Source: Chrysochromulina tobinii (lineage: Eukaryota). From it: a stretch of 50,060 nt of DNA. The notes under the pieces are model-generated. The model had not been told where the DNA came from, ran no database searches, and saw only the letters and a program-made list of their open reading frames with translations. Below are positions 11,229-21,906 of the stretch, one piece after another. Position numbers and translations under genes: made by a program. Position 1 is the stretch's first letter; the number at the start of each line of letters is the position of its first letter. The DNA lies in NCBI GenBank assembly GCA_001275005.1, contig JWZX01003125.1, positions 1 through 50,060 of the forward strand, given 5' to 3'.

Positions 11229-11834
11229 CCCTACCTAAACCCTACCTAAACCCACCTAAACCACCAACTAATATGTGTAAGTAAACTAGGTCAAACGGAT
11301 AAAGAACTCGGACGGCTCGAGATTTTGACCCTGGGGGAGGGTTTCGACACTCAGGTAATTACCCTATGGTGTTTCAACATAGTGGGGCGCGAGATTTTGA
11401 CCTTGGGGGAGGCAACACTCAGGTAATTACCCTAGGGTGTTTCAACATAGTGCTCGGTCGAGGCTAGGTCTAAAAGGCACTAAAGCTATACAAGGTCATT
11501 TACATGTACCCTAACCCCTAAAACCCCTAACCCCTACATAGCCACTGATTTCTTTTCTGTTATTTTTGTAATACCCACCCTAAACCCCGCCTACCTTGTA
11601 GGAACTAGGTCGGAGGTACCAACCCAAAGGGGCAGATCTCCAACCAAAAGTCGTCTCAGCGAGGCACGAATCCTCGTGCCTCAGTGAGACGGAAAATCTG
11701 ACAATTCTGACTCACCGCACTGTGTAGGAAATCCGCCTCACTGAGCCGGAAACTGACTCACTGAGTCGGATTTCCGCTTATTTCCGCCTGCTCACTGAGT
11801 TAACACTGAGTCGGAAGATTTCCGTCTCACCGAG
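11229..11834. repeat. AT-richer non-coding island: degenerate CCCTAA-like runs, a ~72-bp direct repeat pair, a hairpin and an inverted-repeat-bounded CTCACTGAG cluster
   Basis: Direct repeats 11318-11384 and 11390-11452. Stem GAGGCACGA/TCGTGCCTC at 11661-11682. Imperfect inverted repeat 11680-11699 and 11816-11834. Confidence 0.7.
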
Positions 11835-12158
11835 CCGCATTGTGCGCAGGCACCTGCACTGGGATCAAGATGATCCTCGTATGATTGAACATCTTCGCAT
11901 CAAATATCGATGGCTGCGCTGGAGCCAGCCGAAGCTGCTCTGCCGCGCCGGGTGGAGCGCGGCGGGTATAGCGAAGTGGACGTGCGCAAGGCGCTCTCGC
12001 AAACTGCTCGCAGCTCGCGCACGTCGAGAAGGGCAGGGAAGGGCATTCATGTGCCGCCGACCCCGTCACACCTTCTCCTTTGCCATGAGACCAACTAGGC
12101 CTTGACGTCCTAAGTTTTCATTTACAGCAGCGTTCACACCGCTTTCTTTTCACCGACG

Positions 12159-14841
12159 ATGAACTTCGTCCACGGCGCGTCGTCGGACACGGCCGAGAAG
12201 GGCGAGCGGTACGGCTGGTCGAGGCCCGTGCCGGCTGCTCGTAGAGGCCGCAAACGGCCGCATGACGACGAGAGCGATGAGGATGCCTACTTTGACAAGG
12301 ACGAGGAGCCACAGCATTCCAGAGCGGCAGCACCAACGCCCGAAGAGGACCCTCTGGATGCCTTCATGGCCGAGCTACACGGGCGCAACGCGCGCACTGC
12401 TCCGCAAACTGACGACCCTGCTGCGCCTGCTGCCACTCGCCCTGCCACGGCTGGCGCCGTAAAGCCGTGGGATGCAGCTCCACCTCCTCCCCCAACGGCG
12501 GATGACTTGGAAGAGGACCCTCTGGACGCGTTCATGGCCGGTCTCGCATCGGCGCCCTCACAGCCCAAGGGCAGGGAGCGCGCCGTCCAGCAGTGCGACG
12601 AAGAGGAGGATCCGGTCGCGTCGTACCTCGAAGAGAGCGGGCTGCGCGCGGCGGAGGCCGAGGCCGAGGCCGAGGCCGAGGTTGACGGTGGCAGCGTACG
12701 CCGGCAGCTCAAGGGCCAAAAGGGTGGCGGGAGCTCCATCGGCGCGGAGCTGCTTCCGGTGGACCACGCGGCCATTGAGTACGATGCATTTGAGCGCGAG
12801 CTCTACGCTCCACACCCGACGATCCGTGAGCTGAGCGCCGAGCAGGTGCGCGAGCGGCGAGCTGTGCTACGGCTGAGCGTGAGCGGCTTCGACGTGCCCT
12901 CGCCCATCGCGCGCTTCGAGCACGCAGGCCTGCCACGCGAGCTGCTCGCGACGGTGCGTAAGCTCGGTTACGAGGAGCCCACATCCGTGCAGATGCAGGC
13001 GCTGCCGGTGGCCATGTCGGGCCGTGACCTGATCGGCGTGGCTGCGACTGGCTCGGGCAAGACGGTGGCGTATCTGCTGCCTCTCGGATGCCACGTGATG
13101 GCACAGCGCCGTCTCGAGCACGGCGAGGGCCCGATCGGCCTCGTGCTCGCGCCCACGCACGAGCTCGCCGAACAGATTGCCCTCGAGTGCCGCAAGCTGC
13201 TGGGTCGCTCCCTCGGCCTCAATTGTGCGTCACTCATCGGGGGCGTCGGCAAGTACGAGCAGCTCAAGGCCCTCCGGGCGGGCTGCGAGGTCGCGGTGGG
13301 CACGCCCGGCCGCCTCGTCGAGCTCCTCGCGATGAAGAACGGCCTGTGTGCGCGCCGTGTGACCTTCGTGGTCCTCGACGAGGCCGACCGCATGTTCTCG
13401 CTCGGTTTCGAGCCGCAGGTGTGAACACGGCTGTGAGCACGGCGGGGCCGAGGTTCAGCAGACACTCTGAGCCCATCAGATGGCCTCCCGATGGCCTCCC
13501 GATGGCCTCCCGATGGCCCCCGATGGCCTCCCGATGCCCCCCCGATGGCCCCCCGATGGCCCCCCGAGCTGCTCCCGAGCTGATCACATTCGGTGGCCCT
13601 CGCCCGATCGCTTGCAGGTGCGCGCGATCTTGCAGCAGGTGCGCCCGGACCGCCAGGCCCTCCTCTTCTCCGCCACCTTCCCGCCGGCGCTCGAGCGGCT
13701 CGCGCGCGATAGCCTCTCGGAGCCCATCCGGCTGGCTATCGGCACGGCGGGCGACGCGAACGAGGACGTGACACAGCTCGTCGAGGTGCTGCCGACCGAG
13801 GAGCTCAAGTGGCCGTGGCTTGCCGCGCGCCTCGAGCACTTTCTGCAGCAGGGCACTGTCCTCGTCTTCGTCTCGACACGGCTTCAGGCGGATGGACTGG
13901 CGGCACAGCTGCAGGCGCACATGGGACGCGCCGTCGTGGCGATCCACGGAGAGAAGAGCCAAGCCGAGCGCCAGGAGACCCTGTATGACTTCAAGCGCGG
14001 CAAGATGCCGCTGCTCGTGGCGACGGACGTGGCGTCACGCGGCCTCGACATCCCCACTATCAAGACTGTCATCAACTTTGACGTGGCCAAGCGCCTCGAT
14101 GACCACACGCACCGCATTGGACGTACGGGCCGCGCCGGCGCCACTGACGGAACCGCGTACACGCTGCTGACGGCGGGTGAGATGGATGCTGCCGTGGACA
14201 TGGTGCGCAGCCTGCGGACGGCGCGGCAGGTGCCCTCAGAAGAGCTCCTTCAACTGGCCCGGCGCTCGCGCAGGTGGGCCGCCTCTGGCCTCGATGACAG
14301 CTCTATTGGCGGCGGGAGCGGCGGAGGAGACGGCGTTGACAGAGGCTGCGGGAGCGGCGGCGCCGGCGAGGCTGGCCGTGGTTTGCGCCATCAGTTTGCG
14401 CCACCATCGCAGCATCGCGTCGCCTTGCTCGAGCACTCCACATCAGATCCTGTAGCGCGTGCACAAGCTTTCGCCGCGAGACTCAGTTCGCAGTTGGGCA
14501 CTGCCGCCGGTGCCAACGGCTACTCCTCTCACCAGTTTGCACCGCCGCCGTCGCATTTCCTGCCGCCGCCACGACCACCACCGCCGCAGCCACCGCCACC
14601 ACCACCGCCACCACCACCGCCACGGCTGGCAACCTCAGCAGCAGCGTGCGGCGGTGAAGTACCCCCTGGCATCCCCCCCGCCCTCCCGACGTGCCAGGCT
14701 GCTGCAGTTGCCGCAGCGCGTGCAGCAGCTGAAGCGATCGCCTCCCGGCTATCGGCCTCGGCTGCAAACGGTGGCGCCGCTCCGCCGCCCCCAGCACCCC
14801 CCGACAGTGGCGGCGGCGCACGTTCGAGCCGTTGGAGTTGA
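12159..14841 (+). CDS. DDX42: DEAD-box RNA helicase DDX42 (SF3b125)-like, two exons (12159-13418, 13618-14841)
   Basis: EEDPLDAFMA repeats, VDHAAIEY..FER, ATGSGKT, DEADRMFSLGFEPQ|VRAILQQVRPDRQALLFSATF, ANEDVTQ, KWPWL, HTHRIGRTGRAG. Confidence 0.88.
13419..13617 (+). other. GT-AG intron of DDX42 containing an array of GATGGCCTCCC-type repeats
   Basis: Removal joins FEPQ to VRAIL in frame; GCAGGTG occurs at both junctions. Confidence 0.85.
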
Positions 14842-15418
14842 ACTTGATTGAAGACTTGAACCGCCGAGCGGAGTGTGGGCTGTGGCGGGGCGACGGTCCT
14901 GCGTGACCTCACGAACTCACCACGTATCATGATCTTCAACGATCGCGGAACCTCCAACCTCGCCTCGTGCTAGCCGCCGATTTTTCTCGCATCTCGGATT
15001 GGGATTCCGTCGACGCTTTGCACCGGTTCGAGATCACGTTGAGACCTCTTAGCTCTTTTACATTTTGAGAGTGATACACCACATTTTTGCATGAATCCAC
15101 CAATGCCATCACATTCGCACCCTCATGACTCATGTCATGTGGGGGCCCCTTCTGAGCGAGTGCCCTGTGAAGTCGCCCGCCGGCATACAACTGGTGCGCA
15201 CCTCGCCCTCGCGAAACAGGCGCCTCCATACACCCATGTGGCGCGGGACCGCGGTGAGGTCAGTCGGCACATGATGGCAGCTGGGCATGCCTTTTCTGCT
15301 CTCCCTTGCAACTTGCAGGTCCGCGCATGCCGTCCACTCCTCGCTCTCTCTCTCTCGCCTGACACAGTGCGCCGAGGACCTCCCGCCAACGGGGCGCCTC
15401 TCGCGCGCGCAGACTTGC

Positions 15419-16276
15419 TCAGCAGGTGCCGATGGCGATGCCGCCGTCGACGTTGATGCAGTGCCCTGTGATGTAGAGGGCGCTCGGGTCGAGGGCAAGG
15501 TACTTGACGAGGCCGGCGACCTCATCGGGCTTGCCGAAGCGGCCAAGCGGGATGTTCTTCATAACGCCGTCCACAATCTCCTTGGGTAGCTCCGCAGTCA
15601 TGTCAGACTCGATGAAGCCAGGAGCAATCGCGTTCACCGTCACGCCACGCGAGCCGAGCTCGCGCGCCATCGACATGGTCATCGCGATCACACCACCCTT
15701 GGCCGCAGCGTAGTTGGCCTGGCCAATGTTGCCGAAGCGGCCGACCACCGAGGCAGTGTTGATGATGCGCCCCTTGCGTGCCTTCATCATGATCTTGGTG
15801 GCCGCCTGGGAGGCGTAGAAGACGCCGTTCAGGTTGACATCGATCACCTCCTGCCACTGCGACGGCTTCATGCGCAGGACGAGCGTGTCGCGTGTGATGC
15901 CTGCGTTGTTGACGAGCACGCCAACGGGCTCATCCCACTTTTCCGCCGTCGCCTTGAAGAGCTTCTCAATGCCCTCCTGGGTCCCCGTGTCGGCCTGCAC
16001 CGCCACACCGTCACCACCCATCGCCTTGATCTCCTCGACGACCTTTTCGGCGGCAGCTGCGGACGCGGCGTAGTTGACCACCACCTTGCATTTCTCCTTG
16101 CCCAGCGCCAGCGCGATCGCGCGGCCGAGCCCTCGCGAGCCGCCGGTGACGATGCACACCGGGCCTGTCGCCTCCATCACGGGGGTAGCGGCGCGGCTGG
16201 TCACCGCCAGCGAGCGCGAACCGAACGTGTAGCCACGAGCGGCCACAGACAGACCGAGGAGAAGCATGGCCCGCAT
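15419..16276 (-). CDS. fabG: 3-oxoacyl-ACP reductase, probably plastid-targeted
   Basis: TGGSRGLG, NNAGITRD, NLNG, GQANYAAAK, VNAIAPGFI.SDMT, PLGRFG. N-terminal hydrophobic signal followed by a Ser/Thr/Arg-rich transit-like segment. Confidence 0.93.
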   Translation of the reverse strand: MRAMLLLGLSVAARGYTFGSRSLAVTSRAATPVMEATGPVCIVTGGSRGLGRAIALALGKEKCKVVVNYAASAAAAEKVVEEIKAMGGDGVAVQADTGTQEGIEKLFKATAEKWDEPVGVLVNNAGITRDTLVLRMKPSQWQEVIDVNLNGVFYASQAATKIMMKARKGRIINTASVVGRFGNIGQANYAAAKGGVIAMTMSMARELGSRGVTVNAIAPGFIESDMTAELPKEIVDGVMKNIPLGRFGKPDEVAGLVKYLALDPSALYITGHCINVDGGIAIGTC

Positions 16277-16348
16277 TTCGATCGGGGTCGGCGGGATCTG
16301 CTCCTCGGCCCGCGAGGTAAAATCCTTCGCAACGAGGAAGTCCGCAGG

Positions 16349-18292
16349 ATGCAAAACTGTAGCACCCCCTCCAGCCGAGGCGCCTCACAGCGAGGGCTGC
16401 TCTTCGGGCTGCTTCTCGGGCTGCTCATGGGCGCCGTGGGCCTTGCACGACCGGCACTAAGACAGCAAAGGCGGACAGAAGAGAGGCGAGTTCCTGTCGT
16501 GGCGGCTCCTGCCCCGGTGCAGATAGTTCCCAAGCTGTCTGATTTGGTCTCAGCGACGGGTTCGCGGCTCGCCGAGAGCCAACACAGGATGAGGCAAGCT
16601 CCTGTAGTTGCGGCTCCGGCTCCGGTGCAGGCAATTCCCAAGCTGTCTGATTTGGTCTCAGCGACGGGCTCGCGGCTCGCCGAGGGCCAACAGCGGAATG
16701 GCAGGCAGACGTTCGTCGAAACGCCGCCACAGCGGCTCGAGGCGCACAGGCCTGTGCGAGGCAGCGACAAGAACAGCAGTATCATCGTCTGGGTGTGCCT
16801 TGGCAAGCCGCTCATCCGCGACCAGCTCAGCCTCGAGCTGGGCACACGCGTTGGCAAAGTGGTGCGGCTGCTCGCAGCAGCTCATGAGCAGCCGAACGCG
16901 ATCTGCTTCTGTGGCGGCGAGATCGATAGCGGCCCCATGACGGCCGCCGCCTCCGCGCAGCCGCTCGTCTCGAGCGCGCCTTTGGCCTACTCCTTCTTCC
17001 GCACGGCGGCGGAGGCGCAGGCGCTCGGCAGCTGCTTGACGGACGTCCGTTTCATTATAGAGCCGCGCTCGCCTAAGGTGCGCGACGGTGTGCTCGCTGC
17101 CGCCATGCAGATACGACAGACGTTGCGAGAGCGGAACGAGGCAACGGCGCGTGCCGCGAGTGCCGCCGCGAGCGCTGCGAGTGCCGCGGGCGCAGATGGT
17201 GGGGCGGCGGCAGCGGCGGCAGCGGCGGTCAAATCGAAGGCGTCGCCGCCCTTGATCCTCGTGAGGCTCGTCGCCACCGACCATACGCTCCAGCGACTGG
17301 TCGATATCGAGAACCTCACGCCGCGCGACTCGCCGTTGCGCCCACTGCGCGACCTCGGCGCCCAGATTGCGTATGAGCACGTGGCCGATCCGTATTCGTA
17401 CTCGCGCTCGGTCGACGCGAAGCGGCAGGCGCGCCACGTGCGCCTCTCCGAGCAGCTCTGCGTCACGCTCGCCAACTTGCGGGGCGTCGAGGCGAGCACT
17501 GACCTGCTGCACGCGGAGAATGCCAATCTGCTCTCTGGGGTGCGGAGGCAGCTCAACGAGGAGCTGTGGGAGCTTCTGCCCACGGGCATGCAGCGCCCAC
17601 TGCTGCACTCGCCGCTCACGCGTGGCTCGCGCGGGTACGGCGACGGCGCCAATCAGCCAGCGGCCGCGCAGCAGACTTGCGAGGTGGCATGCATCGAGGC
17701 GGCCGTCAGTTGTCTCGGCAAGGCGCAGGACGCACTGGAGCCCATGCTCAACGACCCGATCGGTGGAAGGCGCAAGGTCTCGGATGCGGCGCTGCGCCAG
17801 GCACAGGAGTGCCTCGCCGCCGCCATCTCGGCGCTACGTCTCACCGATCCCGATCGTCCCATCTCGACTGATGAATGGCTCAATTTGGTCAATGGGGGAG
17901 TGCTCACCGACTGCCCCGTTGCGCGCACTGAGGCGACGGCGGCGGCGTCGGCAGTCGGCCGACGGCGGCGGGACCTCGCCGAGGCCACGGCGAGGGCCGA
18001 GCGCGTGGCCGAGCGAGCGGCTGCCATGAAGACGGCCGACGAGAAGGCGGCGGCCGAAAAGGTAGAGCAGGACAAGGCGGCGGCGGCGTGGCTGGCCAAG
18101 GCGCAAACGCCGAGTAAGCGGCGTGCCAAGGTTCCGATGCCTGTGCGGACGGCGCAGCCGCGGCCCGAGCCCGAAAAAGGCCGTGCCGCGGAGGAGCAGG
18201 TCAAGAAGCATGCGACTGCGGCGCATGCTCCGGTGGAGCATGTCGCGGCTTCAGAGGATGTCAGCGCAGAGTCAGTGTCTGAGCAACTTTGA
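16349..18292 (+). CDS. Membrane-anchored protein with a divergent DUF218/YdcF-like domain and a 108-bp internal duplication
   Basis: 647 aa ORF with an N-terminal hydrophobic helix. IIVWVCLGK.L...LGTRV, ICFCGG, FIIEPRS and LVATDH follow the DUF218 pattern. Duplicate segments start at about 16492 and 16600. Confidence 0.5.
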   Translation: MQNCSTPSSRGASQRGLLFGLLLGLLMGAVGLARPALRQQRRTEERRVPVVAAPAPVQIVPKLSDLVSATGSRLAESQHRMRQAPVVAAPAPVQAIPKLSDLVSATGSRLAEGQQRNGRQTFVETPPQRLEAHRPVRGSDKNSSIIVWVCLGKPLIRDQLSLELGTRVGKVVRLLAAAHEQPNAICFCGGEIDSGPMTAAASAQPLVSSAPLAYSFFRTAAEAQALGSCLTDVRFIIEPRSPKVRDGVLAAAMQIRQTLRERNEATARAASAAASAASAAGADGGAAAAAAAAVKSKASPPLILVRLVATDHTLQRLVDIENLTPRDSPLRPLRDLGAQIAYEHVADPYSYSRSVDAKRQARHVRLSEQLCVTLANLRGVEASTDLLHAENANLLSGVRRQLNEELWELLPTGMQRPLLHSPLTRGSRGYGDGANQPAAAQQTCEVACIEAAVSCLGKAQDALEPMLNDPIGGRRKVSDAALRQAQECLAAAISALRLTDPDRPISTDEWLNLVNGGVLTDCPVARTEATAAASAVGRRRRDLAEATARAERVAERAAAMKTADEKAAAEKVEQDKAAAAWLAKAQTPSKRRAKVPMPVRTAQPRPEPEKGRAAEEQVKKHATAAHAPVEHVAASEDVSAESVSEQL

Positions 18293-18398
18293 TGTGGAGT
18301 GCCCTTATTCTCTGGGATCCGTTCATAGCTTCTAGAGTCGTATTTCAAGAATACTTCACAGCCCTGCTTCACACGTTTCCTCCTTGTTCCCGCCCACA

Positions 18399-19538
18399 AT
18401 GCTGAGCCGCGCCACGACGCCGTCGGTTGCAGGCCCGATCTATCTCGTGGCAGCGGCCGTGGGCGAAGGACCGTTGCTGCAGTCGCGCCTGGCTGCCCAG
18501 CTTCAAGATTGCGCGGGTGGCGCGGTGCTGACCGCCTCGTCAATCCTGGCCGCAGTGCGCGCTGACGTTGGTGAGGAGATCGGCGTGGCGGGAGCCCGGC
18601 GCCTGGCTGCCATCGACGCAGCAGAGCTCGTGGTCGCCGACGTGAGCGATGCGGATGCAACGGTCGGTGCCGAAGTGTCGTACGCGCTCTTTAGACGTCG
18701 CTGCCTCACGCTCTGCCTCTGCCGGCGCGGCTCTCCGGGCAGCACCTTCATGCAAGGCCTGGCGGGGCACCCGCTGCTGACGACCTTCGAGTACGAGGAC
18801 GCCACTCAGGCGGAGGCGGAGGCCGTCGCCTTTGCCACGCCGCCCGAGAGCCCCGGGCGTATCTTCGTCATCGAGGGCGGCGACGGCGCGGGCAAGCAGA
18901 CGCAGTCGCGCATGCTGCTCGAGCGGCTGCGGGCTGAGGGCTACCCGTGCTCGACGCTGGACTACCCGCACGACGCGGCGCTGCACGGCAAGCTCATCCG
19001 CACGCTGCTCAGCGGAGCCAAGGGTGACATCAAGTCCGTCAACCCGCTCCTCTTCGCGTCGCTCTACGCGCAGAACCGCGCCGACACGGCACCTCTGCTG
19101 AGCGCGTGGCTCAAGCGGGGACACAACGTGATCCTCGACCGTTACGTCGAGGCCAACTTCGGCCACCAGGCGTCCAAGCTGCCCTCAGACGAGCGCCCCG
19201 CGCTCATCGCGCAGCTCGCTGCCTTCGAGCACGACTGGCTCGACTTGCCGCGTGCACACCGCGTCGTGTACCTCGACTTGCCGCCGGAGGAGGCGCTCAA
19301 GGCGATGGCCCTGGACGCGTCGCGTGCGGCACTCGACATCCACGAGACGGCTGGCGACGACTACAAGACGGCGGTGCGCAACACCTTCGTGTGGTGCTCC
19401 GACCAGTTCGAGCACTGGCGTCGGATGCCGTGCGTCGACGACGCGGGCGAGCGCATTAGCAAGGAAGCGCTGCACGAGAAGCTCTATGGTGAGCTCTCGT
19501 CGAGCTTCGTCAACAGGCGCGAGTCGGTGAGCAAGTGA
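18399..19538 (+). CDS. tmk: Fusion of a DNPH1/nucleoside-deoxyribosyltransferase-like domain and thymidylate kinase
   Basis: C-terminal IEGGDGAGKQTQ P-loop and ILDRY. N-terminal IYL...AIDAAELVVADVS...TVGAEVSYA...LTLCLCR matches the DNPH1/Rcl pattern. Confidence 0.8.
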   Translation: MLSRATTPSVAGPIYLVAAAVGEGPLLQSRLAAQLQDCAGGAVLTASSILAAVRADVGEEIGVAGARRLAAIDAAELVVADVSDADATVGAEVSYALFRRRCLTLCLCRRGSPGSTFMQGLAGHPLLTTFEYEDATQAEAEAVAFATPPESPGRIFVIEGGDGAGKQTQSRMLLERLRAEGYPCSTLDYPHDAALHGKLIRTLLSGAKGDIKSVNPLLFASLYAQNRADTAPLLSAWLKRGHNVILDRYVEANFGHQASKLPSDERPALIAQLAAFEHDWLDLPRAHRVVYLDLPPEEALKAMALDASRAALDIHETAGDDYKTAVRNTFVWCSDQFEHWRRMPCVDDAGERISKEALHEKLYGELSSSFVNRRESVSK

Positions 19539-20322
19539 GCGAGCAGGTGGGGGTTGGCGGAGGCTGCGAGAACCGGGAGGACGGGCGCCTTCCGACGCGG
19601 GGCCCGAGTTTGGGAGCGCTCGCGCGGGCGCCTGGGATAGAACGATGGCGTAGCTCTAACGCTACCTATCGTGTACCGTACCAATTGTACCGTACGCTAC
19701 CACGCCAGCACGCACCACAGGCCCGGCTGGTGCACCGCGCACCTGCACTGGCTGAACTTATGGTGCACGCCTGATTTGCTTAGTAAGTGAAACGAAGTGA
19801 AACGTGAGCGTGTCGAACAAGCGCGAGGTCCCCCCACAGATCACACGCGTCGACAGACGACACCCCGGTTGCGACACCGGTCTCTAGCGACTAGCCAGCA
19901 CGCACCGCGCAGGCACCGCCCACCGGCGGCCGGCCGGCTGGCCAAGGCTGGCCGGCTGCGCGGTGCCCGCGCCCGCCCGTGGCGCGGCGCGCTCCCCGCC
20001 TAACTCCCCGCCAGGCCACGCGCCACGGCCCACGCGGCGCAAGCTCCGGTCCCATCGCCCCGGCCCCGCGCCCGAGCCGACCCCGGCGCGACGAACACGC
20101 GACGAACGGTCTGGAAACGGTGCGCCCCTCTGCCTCTCTGCTCTCTCGCACGAGTCCGCTGCACGTGCTGAGCATCCCACCGCACACATGCTGCTCTCCG
20201 CACCCGCCTCAGCACAGCACACGTTGCGCGCCGAGTCACAGAGAGGAGTGAGAGCAGATGCGCTGCGCCTCGATCCTCTGTCATCCGATGCCAGTGTCGC
20301 GCTCACGCGCGCGCCTTGCTCC

Positions 20323-21708
20323 TCACGGGCGTCCGCGGCCTGACGAGGTGCGCGCGGGCATCGGCGTCTTGGACGCACGCGGCGCGGGCGCGGGCGGTTG
20401 CGAGGGCACCGTGAGCACCGTTGCGCTCACCTTGCGCGAGGCCGGCGCCTCCTCCTCTTCCTCCTCGGCCCGCCGCGCCTTCTTGAGCAGACGGCCGGGT
20501 GTCATGGCGGCAGTCGCCCCGATCTCGAACGTGCCGGGCGTCGTGGTGGCGGCCGCCGCGGCCGAGCAGCGAGCCGAAGGGTGAGGCGACTGCGAGCCGT
20601 CCGACTGCGACTGCGAGCCATCGTCAGTGCCCTTGACAGTGCGGCCAGTCCGCTGCACGAGGCGCGCCGACTCGCGAGGACGGAACTCGGTAAGCAGGCG
20701 CTCGCGCTCGAGCACGTGGAGCACACGCTCGGCGCCGGCGCGCGAGCAGCCGAGCTCGCGGGCGAGGGCGACAGAGGTGAAGGGCGCGCCCTCCTCCTCC
20801 TCCTCCACCAGGCGGCGCGCGCATGCGACGTACTCGGTCATCGTTGGCTCGTCGAGCTCGTCGGCGTGAGCGCCGAGCTCGCCCGCGACCGAGGCGCCGA
20901 GGTCGAGCTGCCAGCTCTGCTGCTCGCGCGGGCCGGCGGGGGCCTTGCGTTTGAGCCCGCTCGGCGCGAAGGCGTCGTCCTCCAAGAACGAGCTCACCAC
21001 ATGCATGCGGTACGAGTGGTGCCCGGTGGCAACGGGCTGGGCGACGGTGAGCTGCATCGGCTTCGTGAGGAAGCAGAGGGATGCACGGTCGTCAGCCGCC
21101 GCGCTCTCGAAGCCGCTAGGCTCGTAGTCGGCCGGCGTCAGGCCGTCGCGGTAGAGGAGGCGCATGAACACGAAGTGGTTTGATGGTAGCGCCGGCAGCG
21201 TGCACAGCATGAGCGAGATCTGCCGCAGCATGAGCGAGGACATCTGCCGCACACGCGCCTTGGTGACCTTGGCCTGTGGCTCGAGTACGCCGGTGAGCGC
21301 GGCCGCTCGGCGCTTGTCCGGGCCGAAGGTGATGGTCGGCTTCTCGACGCCCTGCTCATCGACCTCCCAGGCGATCGAGAGCACCCACGCCTCGAGCACG
21401 TGCTTGCCCGCCTCGTCCTCCGAGAAGCAGAGCACGGCCTTCTCTAGGAAGCGTTTGGAGAGCGCGGAGAAGATGCCCTTCTCGATCCACGCGATCAAGG
21501 TCTCTGCCGTCTTCGAGATCTCCGGGCCGCCAAGTGATTGCACGCGCATGCCCTCCACGTCTTTCGTCTCGAAGTCGGACTCGGGAAGGCAGCCGCGCGC
21601 GTACAGAATCTGCGAGACGTTGAGCCGGAGGAGGTTGCGGATGACCGCAAGCGACTGCACCTCGGTGGCCGTCGCCTCGGCGGTGGCTGTGGATGTTGCT
21701 GATGGCAT
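20323..21708 (-). CDS. HOP1: Meiotic HORMA-domain protein (Hop1/ASY1/HORMAD-like) with a winged-helix-like segment
   Basis: TEVQSLAVIRNLLRLNVSQILYARGCLPESDF, LIAWIEKGIFSAL.KRFL, LEAW, MRLLY...TPADYEPSGF. C-terminal SRKVS resembles a closure motif; the 3' end may be spliced. Confidence 0.85.
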   Translation of the reverse strand: MPSATSTATAEATATEVQSLAVIRNLLRLNVSQILYARGCLPESDFETKDVEGMRVQSLGGPEISKTAETLIAWIEKGIFSALSKRFLEKAVLCFSEDEAGKHVLEAWVLSIAWEVDEQGVEKPTITFGPDKRRAAALTGVLEPQAKVTKARVRQMSSLMLRQISLMLCTLPALPSNHFVFMRLLYRDGLTPADYEPSGFESAAADDRASLCFLTKPMQLTVAQPVATGHHSYRMHVVSSFLEDDAFAPSGLKRKAPAGPREQQSWQLDLGASVAGELGAHADELDEPTMTEYVACARRLVEEEEEGAPFTSVALARELGCSRAGAERVLHVLERERLLTEFRPRESARLVQRTGRTVKGTDDGSQSQSDGSQSPHPSARCSAAAAATTTPGTFEIGATAAMTPGRLLKKARRAEEEEEEAPASRKVSATVLTVPSQPPAPAPRASKTPMPARTSSGRGRP

Positions 21709-21906
21709 CGGAGAGGTCGCGTAAGTAGACGCTCGCTTTCACGCGCATGCAATTCGAAGTTAACACGCGCAACTCGGGTTCAAACAGCCCCGCGTAGCCC
21801 CACGGGAAGTGCTCGTTTCGGCGCGCGCGCGCTTCGCATATGAGCGTTCAAAGGTGCAGGCTCGAAAAGCGGTCAAGCCCCGACGCGGTTCAGTCCAACT
21901 GGGGTG

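Noticed and set aside
11229..11590. True telomere
   Set aside because: Repeats are short, degenerate and internal, with genes on both sides.
15419..19538. Bacterial operon or contaminant (fabG, DUF218, tmk)
   Set aside because: FabG has a eukaryotic targeting presequence, orientations differ, and the flanking genes are eukaryote-specific.
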